63,999 nt of DNA, filler included, from Stramenopiles sp. TOSAG23-3 (GCA_900128585.1; 16 parts of 16 records of this genome joined end to end with filler, not necessarily neighbours in it), one strand, 5' to 3'; counted from the whole stretch's first letter, positions 1 through 9,451 are shown. The notes: a model not told the origin generated them from the letters alone. Program-made: numbers and translations.

Positions 1-431
1 ACTCCCTGCTAGTTTTTTAATTAAAAAAAGTTCACACACATACGCACCCCTCTGGACACAAAACCGGTTAAGTACAATAGACTAATATAAGCTTTATAAA
101 ATAATATTTTATATAATAATACACAATACACTATAATATTAATACTGTAAATAGACATCTTCTTCTTTAAAAAAATTAAAAAATATAATAATAATTCTCA
201 TCTTCTAAATAATAAGCCCGCCGCCCTATCACAAATAATACTACTTGGTATACGCTAATTTACGCACTTGTAAATACTCTAAATTACAGTTGGTAGCGTT
301 CTCATGTAAGACACACATTGTACACAACAAGCCCCCTTACCCGTCTAAGTCCCCAACAATTTCCCTCAACTAAGAGCACCGACACTGGACGTTAACGCTG
401 GACTGACTAGTCATTGCAACATTTGAGCGGA

Positions 432-1431
432 TCATTGTGTTTTCTTTCTCTTCTCTTCATCCTCCTTCCCCGAATTGTGCTCTACCAAATTGTTGATGTA
501 CCCATACCGAGAGAAAAAGACAAACAATCGCCGGTACCACACGAACTGGCTATAGTGGGCGGCCATAGCAGCGTGATTAGTCCAGAGTTTCGGAGAATAG
601 AACATGGCACCGGGGTCCCAAGCCGATAAGAATATATCACAGATTCCGGAATATTTTCGCAAAAAACTGGTGCTTGCTAGAGTCCACAAGCGAAAGTCCT
701 CGTGTTTGTCTTGAAACGCTTTGTCATCAACCATATTCTTTACGCCCAACCAAGTCGCAATATGGTTTGGATGACCTGAAACTCCTTGATTGTCAAACGT
801 AATGATACTATTTATATTCCATTTATCTACAGATGTAGATACCGCAGATGCCACGGCCGCAGGTTCCCATACCTCCTCAAACCCATCTTGCAGTTTTAGA
901 TCGTCAACGACTTGGACTTTTTCAGTGTCAATTCCTAAAATTTTGCAACTGTTAAATAACTCCTTTGTCCTGGTGTCCCCCAGGCCATCGGCCTGTTTGA
1001 AAAAAGAAAACGATTATTAAAAATGTTAAATTACAGTTGCAGCCAGCGTGTCGCGCCCTATTCCTTTGTTCGCCGTATGAGCAAAAGGGTGGGTGGGTGC
1101 AGTCTAATGGGGGGATACTTACGTTTCCGGAAGACAAACACAAAAGGTGCGAGCGGTAGCCTGGGTAACCGTTCAAAGATAGTATGGTTGGTACAAAAAA
1201 CATCGCTTCGTCGTCTGGGTGTGCAATGACAAACAGTACATTGCGGCTTCTTTCAGCTTTCTCTTTCCCATATTTTTTCACTCTTGCAATATGGGTGTCC
1301 ATTTGCTCTGTAGCTCTCCGCATAACGCCAGCAAACGCAAGAATTAGCCCACAGTTCAAAGCAAGCAATCCCCATCGCAGCGGTCCTAAGTAGTCCCCTA
1401 TGCTGCTGGGGAACGAATCTACGAGGCTCAT
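432..1431 (-). CDS. PIGL: N-acetylglucosaminyl-phosphatidylinositol de-N-acetylase (GPI biosynthesis), 2 exons: 1431-1123 and 992-432
   Basis: N-terminal TM, then VIAHPDDEAMFFVPTI and ITFDNQGVSGHPNH motifs, and C-terminal HYSQFVWYRRLF. A phase-0 intron at 1122-993 (GTAAGT...TTTTCAAACAG) joins LCLSSGN to ADGLGDTRTKEL. Confidence 0.95.
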
Positions 1432-1671
1432 TTCTTACCGCACTATTCCGTTGGACACCGTCAGTTTGTTTGGCTCGAAAAGGTGAGGCTCTTCTTATGG
1501 ATGCCATCCCATCAATCTTCGCTCTCGTTTCGACTTGCTTACCGTACACTAATTACTGTAGGTGATACATAGTAACAAAAAAATGTTGTTACGTATTGAA
1601 TCACTTATTGTCGTCTTAAAAAGCTCTAGTTCCAACTCGGTTTGGTAGTATTATAGTAGGTAAAAGTATTT

Positions 1672-1917
1672 TACTTTGCACGATTACGAGGAGTGCACAG
1701 GGGGGGGGGTATTACCTCTCGGCGTGCACACACCTTTTTACCAACTTGTTTAATGCTGTGTTTATATTCCCTCATCCCTAACATTATATTGTATGCTCTG
1801 ATTATATTGTAGACTTAATAATATAAACACAGCATTAAACAAGTTGGTTAAAAATGTGAAAAAAAGGTGTGTGCACGCCGCGAGGTACGGTACCTGGTAC
1901 CCCCTTCGTGCAAAGTA
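1672..1917. repeat. Imperfect long inverted repeat (foldback/MITE-like)
   Basis: TACTTTGCACGA (1672-1683) pairs with TCGTGCAAAGTA (1906-1917). CGGCGTGCACACACCTTTTT..CCAACTTGTTTAATGCTGTGTTTATATT (1720-1768) pairs with 1820-1880. The central spacer is about 50 nt. Confidence 0.85.
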
Positions 1918-2213
1918 CAATAGGAAGAGAGGGGGGGGGAGGGGTTTCAAAGAGGTCCCACCGTCCCACCACGCTCTTCTCCTGTGGTTTATTAACTATT
2001 TCAACTTTTTCGTAGACTGGACTATTCTATTGTACAAGTACAACTATATCAATCCCATCGAAAGCATATTACATGCCTTCACGGGGGGGGCAGGGCCATT
2101 TCTACAAATAATACCAAGGTACCGTTAGTTGTTTCACTGAATTGTCGATAGAATGGTAGTAGGAGACTCATTTCATTGTTTTGATAGGATAGTTGTATAC
2201 AATATGCGAGCTC

Positions 2214-2505
2214 TGTTCGTACTTTGCTTACAAATATCACAACAGTACAACAAAAAGAAACTCACCACGTGAAAAAAAAAAGAAAAAACAGCCTCAGAAT
2301 GGGTATTATGAGTGTACCGATTATGAGTTAGTAGACACTGGAGGAAGAAGTCAACTTTGGATATACGAGATTTGTTCGTGCTTACAAATATCACAACAGT
2401 ACAACAAAAAGAAACTCACGTGAAAAAAAGAAAAAACAGCCTCAGCGGGATGGGTATGAGTACCAATTATGAGTGGGACACCGGAGGAAGAAGTCGATTT
2501 TTGAT
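2214..2505. repeat. Diverged tandem duplication, unit ~155-160 bp
   Basis: GCTTACAAATATCACAACAGTACAACAAAAAGAAACTCAC...CAGCCTCAG...GGAGGAAGAAGTC occurs twice in succession. Confidence 0.85.
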
Positions 2506-2933
2506 TCGATGACATCGTTACAGGACACATTGTCGAGGATTAGACTAACCGCAGTACGCACAATGAAGGTAGTGTGGACTAAACAATAAGAGTAAATCGA
2601 TCAATAAAAACAAAGGAGCAGAAACAAATCGTGGTACAAGAAGGAAGTAAAGTGACAAAAAAAATTATATTGCAAGGAAGGATGAATCCTAAGTGGTTTG
2701 CAATCAAATGGAAGACACTGTGATTAACAGTGTTACACACAGTAAATAAAAAAACATATTATATAGTATGCTTTAAGATTCTCATTTTATATCAGTCAGT
2801 GATTCTTCGAAATCCAAAATTGTTTTCCAAATAATGTTTTTTTATTTCTGTAATTTTCGCTGTTTGTCAATTGTTACGTTCCAATAAGTTTTTATAGAGG
2901 TGATATGTAGTAAGCAAATCGATCTTTCTCCCA

Positions 2934-3314
2934 ATCAAAGTCCCTGAAAGTTTCTCCATTTTTTGGAGACTCCTGCTAGTAAATCACTTCTTCAAGCTCA
3001 TCAGAGTTACTTGAAGAATCAGACTCCACGTTATCGCCAAAGTTAAAACAGCGGCTAGATTTGTTTTTTGATTGCCTGGTTCTGTTCGACTCTTGCGATG
3101 TTGGGGGTGATAGATTATCAAAGTCCCTGAAGGTTTGTCCACGTTTTGGTGAATCCTGAGGGTAAATCACTTCTTCAAACTCATCAGAGTTACTTGGTGA
3201 ATCAGTCTCCACGGTATCACCAAAGTTCGAACAGCGGCTAGATTTTTTTTTGATTGCCTGACTATGTTCGACTCTTGCGATGGTGGGGGGGATACAATCA
3301 GATATTGGAAACAT
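2934..3314 (-). pseudogene. Orphan ORF built of 183-bp (61-codon) Ser/acidic repeats, with a premature stop
   Basis: AAATCACTTCTTCAA recurs at 2981 and 3164 (period 183). EEVIYPQDSPKRGQTFRDFD recurs as EEVIY*QESPKNGETFRDFD past the stop. A homolog lies at 60316-60480. Confidence 0.6.
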
Positions 3315-3357
3315 TTACTTTTATAATTTTGATAAAACTGGGTTTTTTTTCTTCTTT

Positions 3358-3396
3358 AAACAAAAATTGGCTGTTATTTAAGTAGTTAAAATTTAA
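3358..3396 (-). repeat. Dispersed ~43-nt motif, copy A
   Basis: Plus strand reads AAACAAAAATTGGCTGTTATTTAAGTAGTTAAAATTTAA. It lies about 44 nt upstream of the minus-strand ATG at 3314. Confidence 0.9.
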
Positions 3397-3535
3397 TCTT
3401 TCTCGTATACTGCGAACTTATCTCTACTGTTGTGATTTTAGTAATCAATATAGATTTTAGTAATCAGTATACCCATGTATAAAAAGAAAAAAGAAGGTGT
3501 CAGTTAAAGAACAATATCTCCTCCTATTGCAGATC

Positions 3536-3836
3536 CTCCCCAAGTTATGGTCAAGATTCCAATTGATTGGTCATAAAAGTACATAGCGGCATAAATGTTT
3601 TTGAGGGGCTCGTTTTCTGCGGTACTGCTCAATGAAATAATGATCGGTATTGAGTTTGATCGTTTCCTGTTCGTATACACATACTGATGTAAGTGTACCT
3701 TCTGGGAATCCTAAACGGCTAGTCCGGTCAGCGACTTCCAGGACATATTCGTATGTCTCTCCCAAGTTCTGGTCAAGATTCCAATTGATTGGTCTTAAAA
3801 GTACACAGCGGCATAAATGTTTTTGGGGGCTCGTTT
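3536..3836. repeat. Pair of ~80-bp direct repeats (3536-3616 and 3758-3836) within a degenerate minus-strand ORF cassette
   Basis: CCCAAGTT(A/C)TGGTCAAGATTCCAATTGATTGGTC(A/T)TAAAAGTACA(T/C)AGCGGCATAAATGTTTTTG...GGGGCTCGTTT occurs twice. Confidence 0.9.
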
Positions 3837-3861
3837 AGTGTCTGCATTTTTTTTTTAATTT

Positions 3862-3904
3862 AAAAACAAAAAATTGGCTGTTATTTAAGTAATTAAAATT
3901 TAGC
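3862..3904 (-). repeat. Dispersed ~43-nt motif, copy B (full length)
   Basis: AAAAACAAAAAATTGGCTGTTATTTAAGTAATTAAAATTTAGC. On the minus strand it is followed by an A-run and an ATG at 3847. Confidence 0.92.
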
Positions 3905-3946
3905 TTTCTCATGTACCGCGAAAATGAATCTGCTCCTTTTGTCCAT

Positions 3947-4046
3947 NNNNNNNNNNNNNNNNNNNNNNNNNNNNNNNNNNNNNNNNNNNNTTAATTAATT
4001 AANNNNNNNNNNNNNNNNNNNNNNNNNNNNNNNNNNNNNNNNNNNN
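3947..4046. other. Artificial contig-joining spacer (first of 15)
   Basis: N44-TTAATTAATTAA-N44, with stops in all six frames. The same spacer is at 7988-8087, 12029-12128, 16064-16163, 20099-20198, 24129-24228, 28157-28256, 32183-32282, 36201-36300, 40219-40318, 44224-44323, 48229-48328, 52225-52324, 56221-56320 and 60216-60315. Intervening contig lengths fall steadily from about 3.95 to 3.90 kb. Confidence 0.99.
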
Positions 4047-4234
4047 ATAGTGTTCTGAAAGAAGGGTGCCTCAAAAACCGCATTAAACATTTTATTACGT
4101 GCGCGCAGTAAATCTTTACAATCGTATGAGCTCGTAAAAATCTTAGATTCTTTATGATAGTTAATATGTCATATGTGACGCAAATTTCGAACCTGGACGC
4201 GAGATCGACGCTGTCAAATTGCATTTGCATATAC

Positions 4235-4262
4235 AAAAACAAGAAAAATTGGCTGTTATTTT
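4235..4262 (-). repeat. Dispersed motif, copy C (truncated)
   Basis: AAAAACAAGAAAAATTGGCTGTTATTTT, about 50 nt past the stop of the 4310-5785 gene. Confidence 0.85.
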
Positions 4263-4309
4263 ATACACATTTCACATAGCATCTGTTGGGGACTACTCCC
4301 CTCGCCTCT

Positions 4310-5785
4310 TTAAGCGTACTGCCCAAGAAGGAAGAGTCCGTATCGGACCCCACTCTCCAGTCGTGAGACACCATGCAAAATTTTGTTGTCGTGAATAGTG
4401 TAACTTCCCGCGCGGCGGGATGGGACCGTGATTTTTGCGTCTCTTCCATTGACGTAGACTAATTTTCCACCAACGTAATCCGTGTCACTGTTCAACGGGA
4501 CTTGCATGGTGAGCTGTGAATGGTCCGTGTGCAATTTAATCCATTCCCCATGACTGGCGCATCGTCGGATCTTGATTTCGTTGATAATGCCAGGGAATAA
4601 CTTGGTCAATGTCAACACATTTGGTTCTCCAATCAAATTAATCAGCGAGGCTCGGTCAAGATCAATCTTCAAATCGTTGCTATTGACCTGCAACAAATGC
4701 TGGCAATTTTTATGCTTTCGATCAGCATAACTCTTCAGAGTCTTGCACAACGACAATTCCAGAACAGTTTCTCTGCACGCAGTGAAAGTTGCATTCTGTT
4801 TTGTTTTGTTGTACTTCCCGATGCAATCCAGAGGAAGCGTGGCCTGTGGTGGCAGTGGGTTTGCATTCAGGAATTTGGCTCCGCATGTATCGTCCTCGTG
4901 CTGGGCGAAAACGCCTATGTCCCCAAATTCTTCTTGATGAACATCAATAATATCCCTATCCTCCAGTTCGAGAGAGGCTGGAGTGTCCCCATATGACAGT
5001 CTTTCTCCGTCCAACAGGAAATATAGGTTTCTAAGATCCTGGCTTGTTCGTTGCGCATATGCACGAAACACTTTACTCATTTGTGTTGAACGTTTTACGA
5101 TAAAGAATAAAGATTCATCACTCCAATCATCACGTAGATGGATGGTGAGACGTTGCTCCCCTCCGACCCCCCTCCCACTTCTGATCTTTTTTGGGTTTTT
5201 CTTCCTTGCCACTGCCGGGGACTTCCTCTTCTTTTTTTGGGCAGCGGCTACAGAGGTAGAAGTTTGCGGAAGCGTTGCCGCAGTAGCAGGCGCAGACGCC
5301 ACATCACCACCAAGCCTTGCTTTCACAGAACGGTATATTTTTAACCTTTCGACACTTATTGGAGTATCACCGCCTGACCTCAAGATCACGTCCACTTCCT
5401 CAAATAGCAGGTACTCGCTTGCTGTGATAGTTGCGCCACCCTGTGATGATGTCGGTAATGAAGTGTCAGCCACACCAGCAGGTTCATCGGATTCCAAATC
5501 CACAACGGCCCCGTGTTTATACGCATCAGCAGTATCTTGGGCCACTCTGTCATGAACTGTCATACTACGGACAGTTCTCACCCCTTGCTTGGTATTGTTC
5601 TTCTCTGGAAACAGGCTCCTCTTGACCACCAAAGTTTTGAGACGCTCCATCCAATATTTCTTGAGTTTCGGGCCGGTGGTGTAACACTCCGTGTCGCCCA
5701 AATCAAACAAACCTGCCTTTATCTCAGCAATAGTCATTCGTCCCAATTTCTTATTGCGAAACTTGAAATCGGCAGGGTCTGCCAT
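4310..5785 (-). CDS. Multidomain protein: SAP-like N-terminus + SUMO-like (Rad60-SLD) domain + 2OG-Fe(II) oxygenase
   Basis: SUMO-like segment LTIHLRD..LFFIVKRSTQMSKVFRAYAQR..LYFLLDGERL..DTPASLELEDRDIIDV. Oxygenase motifs LHTD, TMQVPLN..DYVGGKL, ILHGVSRLESGVRYGLFL (HxD...H...R). The N-terminal MTIAEIKAGL..KKYWMERL is weakly SAP-like. Confidence 0.8.
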   Translation of the reverse strand: MADPADFKFRNKKLGRMTIAEIKAGLFDLGDTECYTTGPKLKKYWMERLKTLVVKRSLFPEKNNTKQGVRTVRSMTVHDRVAQDTADAYKHGAVVDLESDEPAGVADTSLPTSSQGGATITASEYLLFEEVDVILRSGGDTPISVERLKIYRSVKARLGGDVASAPATAATLPQTSTSVAAAQKKKRKSPAVARKKNPKKIRSGRGVGGEQRLTIHLRDDWSDESLFFIVKRSTQMSKVFRAYAQRTSQDLRNLYFLLDGERLSYGDTPASLELEDRDIIDVHQEEFGDIGVFAQHEDDTCGAKFLNANPLPPQATLPLDCIGKYNKTKQNATFTACRETVLELSLCKTLKSYADRKHKNCQHLLQVNSNDLKIDLDRASLINLIGEPNVLTLTKLFPGIINEIKIRRCASHGEWIKLHTDHSQLTMQVPLNSDTDYVGGKLVYVNGRDAKITVPSRRAGSYTIHDNKILHGVSRLESGVRYGLFLLGQYA

Positions 5786-6140
5786 GGTGTCAATAACCTA
5801 CTTGCAAGGGTGGCTTGAAGAAATACTCAGTTTTTCTGTATAGATGATAGAGGTGAAATAAACCACTATGTTTATCCGCAATATCTTGCAACTAAATACA
5901 TAAAACACCTCATAAAGCCATTAATACATTTATCTTCTCTTCTATAACAGTCTTTTGTTTCTTCTACGAAGAAAAGGTATTACCGGTGGTGGTATGATGA
6001 TGGGAAGAATCAAAAATGAATCAACAACAATGAAGAAGAAGAAGTATTATAATTGTTTTCTACGGTGGTGTGTCTATATATATTATATAATATAAAATAG
6101 ATAGAAGAAGACGACGAAGAAAATCGCAAGCAGGGGGAGG

Positions 6141-6292
6141 AAATAACAGCCAATTTTCTTGTTTTTATTAAATTGGATTAAGTTTATTTTTAATCTATAG
6201 AGTCGTGGCCAATTGGATTCTTGACCAGAAATTGGGAAGGATCTGTGAACGGAGGAGATTATTGTTCTTGAACTGACACTCCCTTTTAACAC
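6141..6292 (+). repeat. Dispersed motif copy D plus a cassette homologous to 3496-3570
   Basis: AAATAACAGCCAATTTTCTTGTTTTT at 6141-6166. The reverse complement of ~6208-6280 (GTGTCAGTTCAAGAACAATAATCTCCTCC..CAGATCCTTCCCAATTTCTGGTCAAGAATCCAATTG) aligns with 3497-3567. Confidence 0.85.
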
Positions 6293-6350
6293 TGATATTC
6301 GTAAAAGAATTATTCTCTTCTACCCTTTACCATTTTGCTCTTAATTTCAC

Positions 6351-7928
6351 TCACGCTTCCGCGCGCGCCTTCTTTTTCTGAACATACTTGGCATGGCCGG
6401 TCTTTGCTACTTTCCGAAGTCCGGGCAGACAAACGACAACAAAACAACACGCCAGTTGAAGCACGACGACAAATGCTGACAGAATAACGCCAATGCCAGC
6501 GCTGGGCCGGTACAGGTCGCCCGTTGCATCCTTGTCCCCTGCTCGTAGCGTCAAAATTGTCCTTTCGTTGAACGAGAAAAGCCTGGTCCTTGGCCCCCAT
6601 CCAACGGTGCCTTCGCTGATGTACACCTGGGTTGAATCTAAGCGCGAGAGTCCGGCAAAGTAGCCCCTGTTTGCCAACCATATAGCAATGTGTAAGGGAA
6701 ACAGATGGCCTGCGTGCGTGTGCCCCGATATTTGAAGACTGACCTTCTCTTTCGCAGCCTCCTCAATTTGCAAAGGCTGATGGGCAATGAGAACCCTTGC
6801 CCTGCCGGAGGACGTTCCAGAAAGGGCCTCTTTCAACTTAGGGGAATGGCCTAAGTCTGGCACGCCGATCAAATCAAACGTCTCGTTGCAAGATGGGTTG
6901 TACGGCGTGCCCGGCACTGTCGTCCGATTGTTGTGGAGTGGCACGACGCCCTCATCCTTCCAAAATTTCTCCCAGTCCGCTCCGCTTCCACCATGAAGGT
7001 ACTCGTGGTTACCGGTGGAGAAGAAAATTCCAAACTTGGTCTTTAAATCTCTGGATATTGGGTACAAAGCCGGACCGACGTCGGAAGTTGGACCATCAGC
7101 CATGTCTCCGGATAAAATTGCGATGTCCGGCGACTCTTTGTTCATCAATTCAACCTGACGAGCTATTTCTGTTTTACCAATCAATGGGCCAGCATGAACG
7201 TCGGAGAACACACCAACTTTGAACCCGTCCAAGCACGGGGGCAGCTCCTTCAGGAACACATCGACTCTGACCGTTTTTCCTGCGTCATACCCATTTGCCA
7301 GCGATAAAATTGTAAACAACACGTAACAACAACCAGCCCCGAAAGATTTTCTCTGCTCAACTATCCGCCCCAGGTTGTCCGTCCCTGCGCCCTCTGCTTT
7401 GCGGACCCTCAAGAAGGCCAGCCTGGCGACGTCAATACAGTCCACTACGAATATGGCCAGCAACAGTATCAGGGTAGACCCCAGGAGGTTGTATGAGAAC
7501 GTCACGTACCCATTTGGCTCAACGCCAATTATTTTCAAGGACACTATTTGCGTCAGTGGGGTGGACGTAAACGCCAAAAATATGTACACGCCAAAAACGA
7601 GCTTCGCGATTGTTTCGCGGCGAAACGTCATCCTCCCCGCGACTATGAACGACTTTTTGCGTTCCGCCTCTGTGAAAAGCCACGGTTTACGAAATATTTT
7701 TTCCCATGCGTACAGCACGGAGACGTACAAAATTATTATAGAAATTGCAAAAATGGCGTTGCTGGTAGCAATCATAACTAAGACCATGATGAAAAGTGCC
7801 ACGTTACAAAGCAAACCCGCCGACGGGCAAACTGCATGTCCACGCGTTTCCGCACCATCGCCGGGCAACAGTTCCTTTTTTTCAATGTTCATGGGCGCGC
7901 CGGCGACAGTTGCAACGTTGTTGGACAT
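6351..7928 (-). CDS. Transmembrane calcineurin-like metallophosphoesterase (TMPPE/YkuE-like)
   Basis: Several N-terminal TM helices, the motifs SDVHAG, SGDMAD, TGNHE, IAHQP and SGHTHAG, and a C-terminal TM. Confidence 0.9.
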   Translation of the reverse strand: MSNNVATVAGAPMNIEKKELLPGDGAETRGHAVCPSAGLLCNVALFIMVLVMIATSNAIFAISIIILYVSVLYAWEKIFRKPWLFTEAERKKSFIVAGRMTFRRETIAKLVFGVYIFLAFTSTPLTQIVSLKIIGVEPNGYVTFSYNLLGSTLILLLAIFVVDCIDVARLAFLRVRKAEGAGTDNLGRIVEQRKSFGAGCCYVLFTILSLANGYDAGKTVRVDVFLKELPPCLDGFKVGVFSDVHAGPLIGKTEIARQVELMNKESPDIAILSGDMADGPTSDVGPALYPISRDLKTKFGIFFSTGNHEYLHGGSGADWEKFWKDEGVVPLHNNRTTVPGTPYNPSCNETFDLIGVPDLGHSPKLKEALSGTSSGRARVLIAHQPLQIEEAAKEKVSLQISGHTHAGHLFPLHIAIWLANRGYFAGLSRLDSTQVYISEGTVGWGPRTRLFSFNERTILTLRAGDKDATGDLYRPSAGIGVILSAFVVVLQLACCFVVVCLPGLRKVAKTGHAKYVQKKKARAEA

Positions 7929-8702
7929 GGTAAAGGCGGTTGGCTTGTGCGGTTGTTGGTTTCAATGGATAACTATTCGAAAAGAATNNNNNNNNNNNNN
8001 NNNNNNNNNNNNNNNNNNNNNNNNNNNNNNNTTAATTAATTAANNNNNNNNNNNNNNNNNNNNNNNNNNNNNNNNNNNNNNNNNNNNAAGAAGAAGAAGA
8101 AGAGCGAGAAGAGAAGAAGAGAGAGAGAGAGATTTTAGATTTTTTTTTCAGCAGCATTCATTATTCCTTCAAAAAAATAATATTATTTCTTCATCAATAT
8201 TATAACAACAAACAAACAAAACAACAACAAACAACAATTTATTTATTTATTGGGGAAGAAGAAGATATTAATTATATAAAATAATATATTTTTATCCTTT
8301 TCCTCTATACAAAATCCGATGTATTGTATCGGTTTTCAGTTAACTTTCAAATTTTTTTAGTTTCATTGTTCACAAAATTTTCACAATAAAATAGTTTAGT
8401 TGTTGCTATAAGAAGTAATTGAATAAAATATATCGTTGAAAATTTTAAATAGAAATCGATTCTCTCCTTCCTTCCTTGACAACAGTCATTTTAATTGTGT
8501 TTGTTTACATATACGTGCGTTTGAACGACCGTTCAATTTGGTAAGGTTTCAAAGGGGAGAAATAATCGTAGAGTGAATGTATATAGCATACATACGAATT
8601 ATATAAGAAAGAAAACGTTGGCGTTCTATCCTTCGACCGACCGACCGACCGACCGAGTGCGTTCGTTTCCAATTTTTTTAGTTTAGTGTGAAATAGAGAA
8701 AA

Positions 8703-9389
8703 ATGTCAACAAGTCCAGATAGTGCTAGGAGTGGGTATAGTACCACGTCCGTGGGGAGTAGTCGTTTGGGCGTTGGGCATTTAATAGATGAGGGGTATAG
8801 GTACCCATCTAGAGTCGAGCTGGCTGGTCGGTTTACGACGACACCAGTGCACCCTATGCGTGACATCCTATGGTCCGACAATAGAAAGTGGAGGCTCTGC
8901 CTCGCTGGCACTATGCTCACCATTGTTATGGCATTTTTTCGTAATGCACCGAGAACGCTGGAGGCACGCCTCCAGTTCTTTATCAACCTGGCATTCTATA
9001 TTGCCATCCTTGGTGCCATCGTCATTTTTCTTGTAATATTTGCGCGCCTGTATAACCCGGCAGAGCAGATAATCGGTTTCTTTAAGAAAAAGTTCAACCG
9101 CCGGCGGCGGCGCTCAAAGAAGTATTCGTACGAGAGGATGAAGAGACCGGCAGGGGTAGACGATGTACAGAACACCCTTGGCCTGAGCAAGAATGCGCGC
9201 AGGTATAGACCCCAGCCGCCGTCGACGCAATACCCTGGGGACAGCGCGGTTTTGGGCGGGAAAGATCTAGCGAAGGAGAGGCAGCGGCGCCAGTTCAACC
9301 AAGAACTGGTGGAAAAAAATGAAGAGTTCCGCGGGCTTGAATTCAAAGAGGAGGAGGACACCAGCGAGGACGACATGTACTACCCTTGA
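8703..9389 (+). CDS. Hypothetical membrane protein (2 TM)
   Basis: 228-aa ORF in a GC-rich island between AT-rich flanks, with two hydrophobic segments followed by a basic stretch. Confidence 0.65.
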   Translation: MSTSPDSARSGYSTTSVGSSRLGVGHLIDEGYRYPSRVELAGRFTTTPVHPMRDILWSDNRKWRLCLAGTMLTIVMAFFRNAPRTLEARLQFFINLAFYIAILGAIVIFLVIFARLYNPAEQIIGFFKKKFNRRRRRSKKYSYERMKRPAGVDDVQNTLGLSKNARRYRPQPPSTQYPGDSAVLGGKDLAKERQRRQFNQELVEKNEEFRGLEFKEEEDTSEDDMYYP

Positions 9390-9425
9390 GCGGAAAAGTA
9401 ATTCGTAAGACTTACGCACAAACAT

Positions 9426-9451
9426 AAAACAAGAAAATTGGCTGTTATTTA
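9426..9451 (-). repeat. Dispersed motif, copy E (truncated)
   Basis: AAAACAAGAAAATTGGCTGTTATTTA, between two convergent gene ends. Confidence 0.85.

Noticed and set aside
3947-4046. Regularly spaced TTAATTAATTAA palindromes every ~4 kb
   Set aside because: These are artificial spacers inside N runs. ORFs ending in X...LIN are artefacts of them.
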